Source: the human T2T-CHM13v2.0 reference genome, Homo sapiens. Taken from it: a stretch of 64,000 bases of DNA. The position numbers and the translations under genes were made by a program. Shown here in pieces: positions 28,760 through 42,053 of this stretch. The notes under the pieces were generated by a model that saw only the letters and a list, made by a program, of their open reading frames with translations, was not told where the DNA came from and did no database searches. The stretch is from NCBI RefSeq assembly GCF_009914755.1, contig NC_060947.1; one strand, written 5' to 3'. The first letter of the stretch is position 1. The number at the start of each line of letters is the position of its first letter.

Positions 28760-29560
28760 TTTTGAATAGTTGGTGCAGAATAATATGTCCATTAGATCAA
28801 GCTTGTTAATTTTGTTTTTCAAGTTTTCCATATCTTTACTTATTTTTTTTTTTGCCTGCTTGATCTATCAATTACTGAGAGAGGAATGTTAAGAACTCTC
28901 AGAAATGGTAGATATGTCAATTTCTCTTTGTAATTCGTTGATTTTTGCTCTGTAGGTTTGAAGCTGTGTTAGTAGGAGGCATAAAAGCATATAACTGTGA
29001 TACTTTCCTGGAGAATTATACCTTTCATCTGTACTGACCTTCATTACCCTTAATAATGCTTTTTGCCTTAAAGACTGTTTTTTTCCTGATAGTAATATAG
29101 CTACGCTAAGTTTCTTTTGTTCAGTATTTTGCTGGTATGTCTTTTGCTGTCCCTTTACTTTCAAAATTTCTATGCTGTCATATTTTAGCTATAAATCTTG
29201 TTAACTCAGTGTATCTAGAATTGTTTTCCCCTTCTGTGTCATTTCATTTTAGTGGTGTCTCTTGTAAATTGCGTATAACTGAACTTAAAAAAATCAATCA
29301 GATATTGTCTTTTTAAAAACTGACTGAGTTAGTTTATACTTAATATGATTTCCTATACATTTGGATTTACTTTTACCATTTTATTTTGTGCTTTCTATTT
29401 TTCTACCTTTTCTATGCCCTACTTTTTTTCTGTTTTTCTGGCAGTTTTCAAATTCTTTCAGGCTTTTTTCTCCTCTCAAATCCTTGGTTTAATTCTACTC
29501 TTCAGCAAATTATACATTAAGTTACTATTCTTTTAGTCATTATCATTAAGATTTTTTTAC
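28760..29560 (-). mobile_element. Ancient L1M fragment (EN region), host of the GK retrocopy
   Basis: Degenerate L1 ORF2 N-terminal similarity (ORF 28889-29164 with VAILLS and ELQREID). Confidence 0.6.
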
Positions 29561-29579
29561 AATATACTTATTTTATTTT

Positions 29580-32500
29580 ATTTTATTTTTTTATTTTTAT
29601 TTATTTATTTTTTAAGAACAAGGGGTCAATTTATTTTAAGTAAATTTGTCATTAAATATCAATGTGTACAATTTCAAACATTTATAAATCTTGCAGTTTA
29701 TAGAAAAATTAATGTAATCTTAAAATTATTTGAACAGTGGCTTTCACAATTATTTACAATGAACTCAACCTACTTTTGTAGAAACATTTATGTTTAAAAG
29801 TACCCCTGCCACAAAGTGATCATTTCACAGTACCTTTCTATAATATTTATGTCACTTAAGTGGTGGCTGCATGAATAAAACCTAGCAGATTCAATAATTC
29901 AGAAACAGCACAATCAGAACAGTCAATAAAGCTACCATTAATTCCAAACAAAACAGAACCTTTTATAGTAAGATATAAATGTTTTCCTATTCAGCACTTG
30001 TTGAAAAAAATAATTAGGAGGCAATCTTTTCTTCACTGTTTACTGCAAAACAAAGTAATTTTAAGATATTTTTAAAAATTGACGTTAAGAAGCAGGATTA
30101 GGTAACTTCTTATAATATGTGACATTAAATATTTTGAGAAATTCTTGGTTTCATTGGAAGGCATTTGTAATGATAAACCTTCTTTCAGTTATAATAAGAC
30201 ACTAAGCAGAGATAATTCTGTCATCCCAGATAGCAATTTCTTATTAACAATTGATAACATTTGAACTGAAAGAGATTCTTGGCTTTATTTCTATATTTTT
30301 TTCTACTTAGGTATTTAACTTTTTTGACATCCTCTTATCCCCTCAATAGGATCCAAAATATGTCTACAATTAATTCAAAAGAAAAATAACTATTTGAATT
30401 ATTGCTTGTGTTTGAAAACAATATTTACTGTAGTATTCCACAGTTTCTTATTTTTTTTAAGCTAAGACAATTAAATAAAAATGTAAGGGATAAGAAATAT
30501 AGTTGAAGTCACAATAAAGTATATTTTCTTTTATTGACATAAAACATAAATTTTAAATGTTGGCTTGTTAAGAAAAAAATTCTCCTGGTAAATATTATGC
30601 ATAACCGTTGCCCAAAAATGTATACAGCTGTTTTCCAACATATTTATATACACAGTGGTTCACTTAAGACCAGCCCTGTTAGAACCTTCTGAATATAATG
30701 TGCTCTTAATTTATAAATGGGCTACCCTCAGTGTATAAAATATATAGGCATGTATGTTATACATACAAAGTAAAAAATATAAAAAGGAAAGATGGAAGAA
30801 AAAAGAAAGTATCCTTTCCTATAAGATCCAGACAGAAAGTCATTATAATTAGTGGGACCATGGAAAACATCTGAAGGATTTCAGTTTTGGCAAATAACTT
30901 TTCAGAAAAATATCCAAGCTGTGAGAACACTAAATGTCTATTTTAATAATTTAGTAGAGGTTTCTATTCAAACATTCAGTGAAGATGTTGCTGTCTTCAA
31001 CTATGTAGAAAAGAAGACTTTTAGGGTGTCTGTTAAAAGCAAAGAGCTGCTGATTTTTAACAGGTTAGTAATAACCTTTTAATCAAGTATATGTCATGCA
31101 GAGACTCAAATCCTGGTCCAATAGTGTTTGAGTATGTTCGATGGAAGATTCCAATGGTAAGGATCCGAATTCTTCCTACATCTTAGAGGGAATGGAGCAG
31201 GATGTTATGGCAATGGAGGGGGTCAGCCCCAAAGGTAGCTGGCCCAACCTTAACTGTGGATGTTTAAAAAAAAAAAAACACCAAATATTTCTATAGCATT
31301 CTTTTTGCTGCATTTTCTTTATTTTAAGCCACAGGTCTACTTGGAGGGTCATGCAGCAAGTGGCTTATAAATAAAATCAAAGTCTATGAATAGTGTCATT
31401 GCATTAAGAGACAGAATTGCTGGGTTCTTTCATTATGTAAAAAGCTCACATCTTGGGAATCCATGATTTGGTAGGTTTTATGGAATACCTGAGATGTACC
31501 TTGCTCCGATTAACATTACCATGCTACTCACTATAAAAAAGCCCAAGGGCAGACTACAGAAGATACTAGGGTCACCACTTTCTGGAGATTGAGTTGTAAC
31601 CCAACCCATTGACTTCATCACAGCTTTCTTCCATGTAGAATAACGAATTTCACTTTCCTCAGCATTAATCTGAGGTTCAAACCGCTCCATCGTGACGGCA
31701 GACAAATCCTCGGGTTCGAGACTCCATACGCCGACTCCTTCTGCAGCCCCTGCCTCCATAGCAGCACCCAGTGCAGTGGTTTCGGGCATTGAGGGCTTCA
31801 CTACTGGTATATACAGAATGTCTGCTTGTAGCTGCATAAGAATTTTGTTGCTGGTCATTCCTCCATCTACCTGCAAATGACTGAGTGGAATTCCACAGTC
31901 TCGATTCATGGCATCCAAAATCTCTCGAGTTTGGAAACAAACAGCTTCTAATGCAGCAAAAGCAATATGGCATTTATTGGTGAACTGAGTGAGTCCACAG
32001 ATTATCCCTCTTGTGCTGGGCTCCCAATAAGGTGCATATAACCCCGAAAATGCTGGGACGAAGTAGCAGCCATAAGAAGTACCTACTTCTTTAGCAAGTT
32101 TTTCAATTTCTTCTGAGGTCTTTATAATTCCAAGATTGTCTCTTAGCCAGCGAATAACAGCACCAGCTATAGCTACAGAACCTTCCAAAGCATAATATAC
32201 TGGTTTGTCTCTGCCAAGTTTGTAAGCCACTGTGGTGAGAAGGCCATGATCAGAAAATACACACTTATGGCCTGTATTACACAGTAAGAAACATCCTGTT
32301 CCATACGTATTTTTGGCTTGTCCAATCTGGAAGCACATTTGTCCCACCAATGCAGCAGACTGGTCCCCTAAACACCCAGATATTGGCACACCTTCCAAGG
32401 CCCCAGCTTTCATTAGGCCATAGATCTCAGAAGAACTCCGGACATTTGGAAGAATTTCCATTGGAATTCCAAAAAATTCGCAGAGTTGTTTATCCCATTC

Positions 32501-33253
32501 CAAAGAATGAATGTTGAAAAGCATAGTCCTACTTGCATTTGTTACATCTGTACAGTGGACACCTCCATTGACTCCTCCTGTCAAATTCCAAATAAGCCAT
32601 GAATCAATAGTCCCAAAAAGAGCTCATTTTTCTTCAACGGCCTTTTGAACTTTTCTCACATTGTCAAGGAGCCAACGAAGTTTCACTGCACTGAAGTAAG
32701 TGCTAAGTGGAAGGCCTGTCTTGGACTTGACAAAGTTATTATTTCCTGGAATTCTTTTACTAAGACTCTCAACGGTAGACTGGGTTCTTAGATCAAGCCA
32801 CACCACAGCATTGTAGAGAGGCTCTCCAGTTATCTTGTCCCAGACTACAGTGGTTTCCCTCTGGTTGCTGACACCAATAGCTTTTATGTTGGAAATATCA
32901 ATATTGAGCTGTCCAAGTTTCTCACATGTTTTCTCTATACACTCATAGACAGAATGTAGAATTTCCTTAGGGTCCTGTTCCACCCATCCTTCTCTTGGGG
33001 ACTCTTGTTTTATTTCTACTTGATGATGACTAAGTAGTTCAGCTGTTTTTGAATTGAAAACCAAAAAGCTCGTCGAACTGGTGCCCTGGTCCACCGCCCC
33101 CACCAATGGCCCCAAAACTGCCTTCTTTGAGGCTGCCACGAAACCAGCTTCAGGTCGGCCGGCGATTGCGGCCGGTTTCCTGGGTGACGGCGGCGGGAGG
33201 GGGAGGGGCAGGTGACGAGTCCAGAGATCGAGGCCGCGCGCGTCCGCTGAACC
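29580..33253 (-). pseudogene. GK: Full-length processed pseudogene (retrocopy) of glycerol kinase GK mRNA; possibly the X-linked GK4P locus (recollection, unverified)
   Basis: Intronless GK coding sequence, GC/CpG-rich 5'UTR (33140-33253), about 1.9-kb 3'UTR, AATAAA at 29630-29635 (minus), degenerate poly(A) at 29580-29613, 15-bp TSD TACTTATTTTATTTT at 29565-29579 and 33254-33268. Confidence 0.96.
31478..33139 (-). pseudogene. GK: Disrupted GK coding region (554 codons, 553-aa isoform), split into ORFs 32624-33139 and 31478-32584
   Basis: Translation [23 protein letters not shown]...GARYISGIP matches human GK (FGGY kinase family). Start codon is GTG (33137-33139). In-frame TGA at 32624-32626 where GK has Arg ([14 protein letters not shown]). 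The two ORFs are in the same frame with no frameshift. Confidence 0.96.
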
Positions 33254-33509
33254 TACTTATTTTATTTTTAAAACCAGAAAGTTTGCACAGAGGGCAAGGG
33301 AAATAGCCAAATGTGAACAGTTGCTCTCTTAGCTATTTTTAAGTGTTTCCTGTTGTTTCTGATGGTATTCTCTCAGTGTTTCAGCAGCCTCTTCAACTCA
33401 GATCTGGTCTTAAATGTGGTCCATTTCTGCCCCCTCAACTTTGGTTACTGGGATATACTTTACCTACTGTCAGTCTGATTGTTTTTAGGTGTTCAGTTCG
33501 ATAACTGAA

Positions 33510-34105
33510 AAATGAATACAATTGGCAACCATGACCATCACAGAGGCATAAACATTTCTATCACTGGTAGAGCCCAGTTGTGCTCTTGTAGTCAATCCCC
33601 TTCTCCCTCCCGCCAGTCTCTGGCAACCTCTAATCTGATTTTTTATCTCTATAGTTTTATATTTTCCACAATGTTATAAAAGTGGAATTACATAGGAAAT
33701 ATTCCTTTGTTTTTTTCTGGTTTCTTTCACTTAGCTTAATATTTTTTAGGTTCATCTGCATTGTATCATACATCAGTCACTTAATTCCTTCTTAAGGCTG
33801 AATAATATTAATATTTCATTGTATGGCTTACAATACCATATATTTATCCATTCATCAATTGATAGACATTTGGGCTTTTTCTACTTTTGTCTATTATGAA
33901 CAATGATACTATGAACATTCATGTACACATTTTTATGCAAACTTATGAAGTCTTCAAATCTCTTAGGTAAAATACCTAGGAGTGGGATTGTGGGTTAAGT
34001 GCTATCTTTATGTTGTTTATAAAAACTGCCAAATTGTTTTCCAAGGTCATTTTGCCATTTGAATCCCTGCCAGGGCAATGTATGACAGTTAAGTTGCTCT
34101 GAGTC
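33510..34105 (-). mobile_element. L1MB/MC 3' fragment
   Basis: TTCTTTCACTTAGC..TTCATC..TATCCATTCATC..ATACCTAGGAGTGG motifs. Confidence 0.7.
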
Positions 34106-34390
34106 TTTGTCAGCCTTTTGTATTGTCTTAAAAAAATGAATGTAGTCTGTTTCCAAATGCACCTTCCATCAAAACAAAACTGGACAAAAATTTATTCTGT
34201 CCCACAATTTCCACTTCAGGGAATTTATCTTATTCCTTTTTTTTTCAGCTATAGTTCCTTTATTAAAAGAACGAGATGAAAAAATAGACTTTGAGAAATT
34301 TTTTTACCTCAATTTTACAAATACTGTATCACAAATGTTTTGCAATACAAATTTAAATATAGCAGCTTTCCACTTTCTTAAAAGATTCTT

Positions 34391-34697
<307 letters not shown>

Positions 34698-34893
34698 GAT
34701 TCTTCACCTCCTAAATAGAAATAGAAGGGAAGCAATGCTATTAAGTATCATATAAACTAGTAGTGGCAGCAGAATAATCTATCAACATTCTCATAACACT
34801 AGTCTAGTGACATTATTATTATTGTGAGAATTTAATAAGAATAGAAGGAAGGGGCCTAGAAGATAGTAGAAACTGATTAAAATATCACTAATT

Positions 34894-35127
<234 letters not shown>

Positions 35128-35556
35128 TTATTTGTATTTTCCCCTACATTTATGAATGTGGTTTCTCTATTGTTTAAATTGAGGGTGAATTCCTGTTACA
35201 TTCAGAAACAAAGCCCATAAAAGTATATACCGTAATCAAGATGTTCTTCAGTGTCTGGGCATTGAAGAGTTAAGTATCCACTGTAGTCTTCACTATCTGG
35301 GCTTATCTGACCTATGTTACTCATCTGACCTATGTCCCAGGCATCCCGCTCAAAAGTGGAATAGGCAAATCCTTGGGCCAATCATTAGATAAGACATTTG
35401 AAAGCTCCAGAGTCATCAGTCCATTGTGTGAAGCCACAGCCATGAGAAATTTTGAGTGCACACTCATTGGACCCTTTTCAAATGAAAAAGTGTATCTGGA
35501 AACGGTGAAGCTGGTGGAGTTACTAGGTGGGTAAAGTTAATAAAACCGTTAGGATG

Positions 35557-35802
35557 TGTTGGGGAAGCTTCCCACAGGAAGTGATGTTTAAACTGAGACC
35601 CGAGGGGAAAAGAGGCATTATCCAGGGAAAGAGTAGAAGGAGGAGATAATCTGAGATTCTAGCCAGATATAAAAGACGGGAAATGCTATATAACCTGATT
35701 CATCCCTGGAGAAATCCATTATGGAAATCCACTATTCAGCGGTTGGGCATGTCCAGAAAACTGTGTGAAACTTAATGAAACAATTATAGAAAGTGGCTGA
35801 AC
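35557..35802 (+). repeat. Ancient repeat module D, second copy
   Basis: Paralog of 4183-4430; lies just upstream of module A copy 3. Confidence 0.85.
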
Positions 35803-36129
35803 CCATTCTCCTCTCTTTGCTCTGACCCCAGCCCTCACAGCAGAGTGTTACCACTATTGCTACATACTGTATGGGATTTAGGGATACTGTCAGGAGAGTG
35901 TGTGAAATGGTGGGTTTTAGAATCAAGTTTGGAAAGTAAAGATGTTTGTGAGAGTAGTAAGAAGAAATATTTATATTTGTGGAACCATAGAAAGGAAAAC
36001 TAAGTAAAGGGATTTGATCATTATTTTGATTTACACACTCTTGCACCACTCGCAAGGCAAAATGACTTTTAGCAGAAGATTGTTTCATTTTCCCAAATTA
36101 TTATTGATTTTCATTGGAAAAATCAGAAA

Positions 36130-36370
36130 TTAGAGATCAGTACCATCTAGTGACCAGTTCCAAAATGGCTACTTGTACATCATTAAGCAGGAAGCCTGGG
36201 AAGGAGAGGCCCCATCAGAAGGAACTTTCTAGAATTTTACATGGCAAATAAAGTGGCCCAGACAGAGCCTACTGTAATTAAATTATATTAAATCATGTGC
36301 CAGGAAGTTTTCTTCAGCCTCCTCCATGATAAAAAGAAAGCTCTCTGTGTATGTGTGTTTGTTTGTGTGT
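36130..36370 (+). repeat. Ancient repeat module A, copy 3 (diverged)
   Basis: CTCF-like head, then AGCAGGAAGCCTGGGAAGGAG, GACAGAGCC, CAGGAAGTTT and a TG run, colinear with 56245-56480. Confidence 0.7.
36141..36156 (-). promoter_or_regulatory. Degenerate CTCF core motif, ancient repeat copy 3
   Basis: TACCATCTAGTGACCA (rc TGGTCACTAGATGGTA), at the position homologous to the other copies. Confidence 0.45.
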
Positions 36371-37403
36371 GTGTGAGACAGATGATTTTTTTATATATAT
36401 ATGTATATATATACACACACACACACACATAAATGCCTGCATACAGATGTATATTGCAAAATGTTTTGTAACTTCTTTTTAAAAATTATGTGCGCATATG
36501 TATGTATATTTGATATATATTTTTTCATGTACAGAACTACATTTTGACAGAATTATTATTGTGGTCACATTTCTAATGAGAAATATATAATATTATAAAA
36601 TTTTATCTCGTTTTAATTTTGCTGACTTCAAAATTAATGTATTTGTTCCAAAAATAAATGCAGTGGAGAAATAAGTATTCATTGGAGAAAAGTTTTAAAT
36701 CTCTTGTCCTGTTATGTAACAAGATGTCCATCCTTGGTAATGTAGTTTCTATTCTCTAGATATATTTCCATGTTCCTAGTACTATATAGGTAGGTTCAGA
36801 TGACATTATATATTGTTTTAGAAAATTTTAATCACTATATGTATAGTATGGTTAATAAATTCTGTTGTTTAATATGTATTTTTGCTTACATACATTATAA
36901 TTTTGTTCTTCCTTAGTCTTTATATGTTTGTAATGCAGAATTATTATTTGAATTATTTCACTGCAGACTTGGAATAAAACTATTTTAGGTATTCAGACTT
37001 ATTTATATATTAAGAATATTAAATATCTGCCTGTAAAATATGCTGGAATTGTTTCCCATAATTCATATTTCTTTAAAATTATTTTTCTGTTTTTGGATAG
37101 GCAAAGTCTTTTTTTAACTTTCCCTTCCTTTTTATAATTAAATTAGTAATATAATTCACTGTAAAGAATTTGGAACCAGTTAATGTGTATTTATGACTTT
37201 ATGATCATTGTTAAAAAGAAAGTTTGTGACCCTACTGATACTCTATGGGATTTGGGGATATTGTCTGGAGAGTGTGTGAAATGGTGGATTTTAGAATCGA
37301 GTTTGGAAAGCAAAAATGTTTGTGAGAGTAGTAAGAAGAAGAAAGAAGTTAATGTGAGAAAAAGCATTTCGTAGTAAGAATGAAATGTTAAAAACTTCTG
37401 AAG

Positions 37404-37768
<365 letters not shown>

Positions 37769-38804
37769 TTATTCTATGTGTTTTTATTTCTTTGTCATTT
37801 CACCTTTTAGTTGAATGTCAAAGAAGCAATTTTCCATTAAGTCTGAGAAAGAGATGACATTCATAAGTCCACTGGAGAAACGGTATCTGATACCTAGGCC
37901 TCAGATACCAGGTCTATCACGGGTCATAGGACTTTTAGTGAGTCACTTCCCCTGTGCTGGCTTCTGCTGTAACACACAATAATCCTTTACATAGAAATAG
38001 GTCTTTGCTCAAGTGTCATTTCCATCAGTGAGAACTTCAATGATTATACTACTTTTAAAAGTTCACATCCCTTCTGCACTCCCCATCTCCTTTCCCTGCA
38101 TTAATTGTTCCACAATAAAAATGACAGCATAAACTTTGGTAGTTCCCTCTCTTAGCCATGCACTGTTTTCAGTGCTTCATATGTACTAACACATTTATTT
38201 CTCACATCAAGTTTAATAGGGAGATACTATTATTATTGTCCCTAAGGTCACACAGTTTTTAAGTGGGCAGAGCTGTGACTGAAATCCACCATCATGGCTC
38301 CTAACTCCCTTCTCTTAACTGTCAATCATGTTGTGCTTGTCCAAATTAGCTAGGCCATATCACATACTCCATATTTTACTTATTTGTTTATTATCTTTTA
38401 CCAACCCCACTAAAACATTAACTTTGAAAGGGTGAGAACTTTGTTCATTTTATTCATGGTTATATCCTGAGGCAGAGGCATAAAATGTCCTGTAGCCACC
38501 AAGTACAAAATCTGATATTAATATCACCACTACAGCTTTCTTATGCTTACTGTTTGTGTGGTAGATCTTTTTCTTTCCCTTTATTTTCAGCCTATTTTGC
38601 TGTTATAGTTAAACTGCATTTCCTTTAGACAACATATATTTAGATCTTGTTTTTGTATATATTCTCATAATCTTTGCCTTTTACTTGGGGGTGTTTAGTC
38701 TATTAGCATTTAAAGTACTATCAATAAAATTTGATTTAATTACAATATTTTGCTATTTTAGTGCATCTCCTTTAAAAAATTCCTCTATCCTTTGTTTGCT
38801 TTCT

Positions 38805-39970
38805 TTTTTGCCTCTTCCAACTTTTGGGTTCAGAGGGTACATATATATGCCAGTTTGTTACATGGATAAATTACATGTCGCTGGGGTTTGTTGTACAAAT
38901 TATTTCATCAACCAGATAGTGTATTAGTCAGGGTTCTCTAGAGGGACAAAATTAATACGATATATGTATATGTGAAAAGGATTTTATTAAGGAGAATTGA
39001 CTCACATGATCACAAGGTGATGTCCCACGATAGGCCATCTGCAAGTTGAGGAGCAAGGAAGACAGTAGTGGCTCAGTCCAAGTCCCAAAACCTCAAAAGT
39101 AGTGAAGCCAACAGTGCAGCCTTCAGTCTGTGGCTGAAGGTCCAAGAGCCCCTGGCAAACCACTGGTGTAAGTCCAAGAGTCCAAAAGCTGAAGAACTTG
39201 GAGTTGATGTTCGGGAGCAGGAAGCATCCAGCATGGGAGAAAGATGAAGGCTGAAAGGCTCAGCAAGTCAGCTTCTTCCACCTTCTTCTGTCTGCTTTTT
39301 CTAGCCACATTGGAAGCTGATTGGATGGTGCCCACCCAGATTGTGGGTGGGTTTTCCTGAGGGTGGGTCTTCCTCTCCCAGTCCACTGACTCCAATGTTA
39401 ATCTCTTCTGGCAACACCCAGAAATACCCAGATACACCCAGAAACAATATTTTGTATCCTTTGATCCAATCAAGTTAACACTTAATATTAACCATCACAA
39501 GCCCACCCCTTGTCAACTTGAACACATACTCATTTCCTGAAATCATACTTAATCTCCAAGTAAAGATAATCATAAGGTCATAATTAAGCCTAACATAATA
39601 CAGCTATCCTTCATTCAATTGGAAGTGCACTAATCCTTAACCGTACTACCTGACAGGTAGATTTTTCAATCCTAAACCGTCTTCCTTGTTCTCCCCTCAA
39701 GTAGGCCCCAGTGTCCATTGTTCCTGTCTTTGTGTACTCAATGTTTAGTTCCCATGTATGAGTGAGAACATGCAGTATTTGGTTTTCTGATTTTGCATTA
39801 TTTTGCTTAGGATTATTGCCTCCAGCTGCATCCATGTTGCTGCAAAGGACATGATTTCATTTTTTTTCTATGGTGGCATAGTACATTTTTTTATTCAATC
39901 CACCTAGATGAGCACCTATGGTTGATTCCATGTCTTTGCTATCATGAATAGTGTTGCGATGAACATACGG
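38805..39970 (-). mobile_element. L1 3' fragment interrupted by an ERVL remnant
   Basis: L1 3'UTR at 38805-38919 resumes at about 39644. Confidence 0.8.
38920..39643 (-). mobile_element. MLT2A LTR (38920-39499) plus adjacent HERV-L internal 3' fragment
   Basis: TGTATTAGTCAGGGTTCTCTAGAGGGACA...AACCATCACA is MLT2A; the adjoining AGCCCACCCCTT is the rc of a polypurine tract. Confidence 0.85.
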
Positions 39971-40841
39971 GTTGGCACCCATTTAAAAGCGGGAAGTTGA
40001 GTGAGGGGCTGACTCGTTTTTAATGGCATCCCAGCAAGCCCAGGACTTCTGAGCTTATGACTTTTCTTTTTCCACAAGAAGAGTTATCCTCAGCACACCC
40101 TAGGATACTCATCTTTCTTTCCATATAAGCCCTCTACTCCTTCGCAATCACCCCCTCTGATTTCCAACTGGGACCGAATAAGGATTACATTTCTGGGGAA
40201 TTTTTGCTCAAAGTCAACAACCCATTATCTGTGAGTGTATAACCCCCTGACTTTTAAACCCACTGTGCAGATCTCCCTTAATCAGTTTATGTATCCAAAA
40301 AATAGGAATAATAGTTCATGCTCGGCATACATTTTAGGATTATTTTGTTAAAACACCTGTGAAATTGCATTTTAAACTGTAAGGCATCATTTAATGTAAG
40401 TTGCTATAGGGTAGTGGATGTATTTCAAGATTGTAGGTATATGGGGTGACTAAAAAGTGTGAACTAAGGAATCTTGCTGCCTCTTGGCACAAAAAGGTGA
40501 CAGGAAAGCAAAGCAATGTGTATATCTAATTTGAGCCCATATTTCTAAATAAAGGAAAGATTGATTTCACCATTAGCATCTCTGAAGCTGTCTGACTCTG
40601 AGAATGGTAAAGAGCCTCCCATATCACCATTCTTTGAACTAAACTCTAAGTCCCTTGAAAGCAGGGGTTATTGTATGTTAGGCTTTTCTTGGCCATCTTT
40701 TACTTTCTTAACAAGCATCTCAGTTGCTTGGCCTGGTGTGCCCCCTGCATTTGAGAAGTGTAATAATCTATCTATTCAGTGGCAATTATCTCCGCATCTG
40801 TTGGCTTTACTATATCTGAATAATGAAAATAAAAACCTACA

Positions 40842-42053
40842 TTTTATTTTACTTTTTATTTTACAATTTCAACTTTTATTTTAGGTTCAGGGGGTACATG
40901 TGCAGGTTTCTTACATGGATATATTATGTGATGCTGAGGTTTGAGGTACAATTGATCCCATCACCCAGAAAGTGAGCATAGTATGTAAGTTTTTCATCCC
41001 TCCCCTCCCAACTACCCTTCCCCCAGTAGCCCCTGATATCTGTTGTTGCAATCATAATGTTCATGTGTACTCAGTGTTTAACTACCACTTATAAGGGAGA
41101 ACGTGAGGTATTTGGTTTTCTGTCTCTGTGCTAGTTTGCTAAGGATAATGGCCTCCAGCTCCATCCACACCCCTGCAAAAGACATAATCTCATTCTTTTT
41201 ATGGTATGTATGTATCACATTTTCTTTATTCAATCCATCATTGGTGGGCATCTAGGTTGACTCCATGTCTTTGCTATTGTGAATAGTGCTTCAGAGAACA
41301 TACACGTGCATGTGTCTTTATGGGAGAACGATTTACATTCCTTTGGGTATGTACCCAGTAATGGGATTGCTGGTTATAATAGTAGTTCTGTTTTAGTTCT
41401 TTAAGAAATTGCCAAACTGCTTTTCACAGTGGCTGAACTAATTTACATTCCCACTAGCAGTGTATAATTGTTAACTTTTCTCCACAACCTTGTCAGCATC
41501 TGTTATTTTTTGACTTTTTAATAATAGCCATTATGACTGGTGTGAGATGCTATCTCTTTGTAGTTTTGATTTGCATTTCTCTAATGATTGGTGATGTTGA
41601 GCATTCTTTCATATGCCTGTTGGCTGCATGTATGTCTTTTTTTGAAAACTATTCATGTCCTTTGCCCATTTTTTAATCAGGCTGTTTGTTTTTGCTTGTT
41701 GATTTGTTTAAGTTTCTTATAGATTCTGGATATTAGACCTTTGTCAGATGCATAGTTTACAAATATTTTCTCCCTTTCTGTATGTTGTCTGTTTATTCTG
41801 TTGATAGTTTCTTTTGCTGTGCAGAAGCTCTTTAGTTTAATTAGGTCCCACTTGTGAATTTTTGTTTTTGCTGCAATTGCTTTTGGAGTTTTCATCATAA
41901 AATCTTTGTCAGCCTGTGTCCATAATGGTATTTCCTAGATTTTCTCCTAGAGTTTTTATAGTTTTAGTTTTTACATTTATGTCTTTAATCAATCTGGGGT
42001 TGATTTTTGTATACAGTGAAAGGAAGGGATCCAATCACAATCTTATGCATATG
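40842..42053 (-). mobile_element. 5'-truncated L1 (L1PA15-16/L1PB type)
   Basis: 3'UTR plus ORF2 C-terminus ([15 protein letters not shown]). Confidence 0.9.

Larger units (their letters stand above)
35864..37340 (+). repeat. 103-bp direct repeat pair (35864-35966 and 37238-37340)
   Basis: Gap-free, 8 mismatches counted by eye. Confidence 0.9.

Noticed and set aside
32624-32629. Programmed stop-codon readthrough or selenocysteine recoding of the GK TGA
   Set aside because: Context is TGA-GCT, not the UGA-CUAG readthrough motif. The codon is a simple CpG decay of Arg CGA, and the start codon and a P-loop Arg are also mutated.
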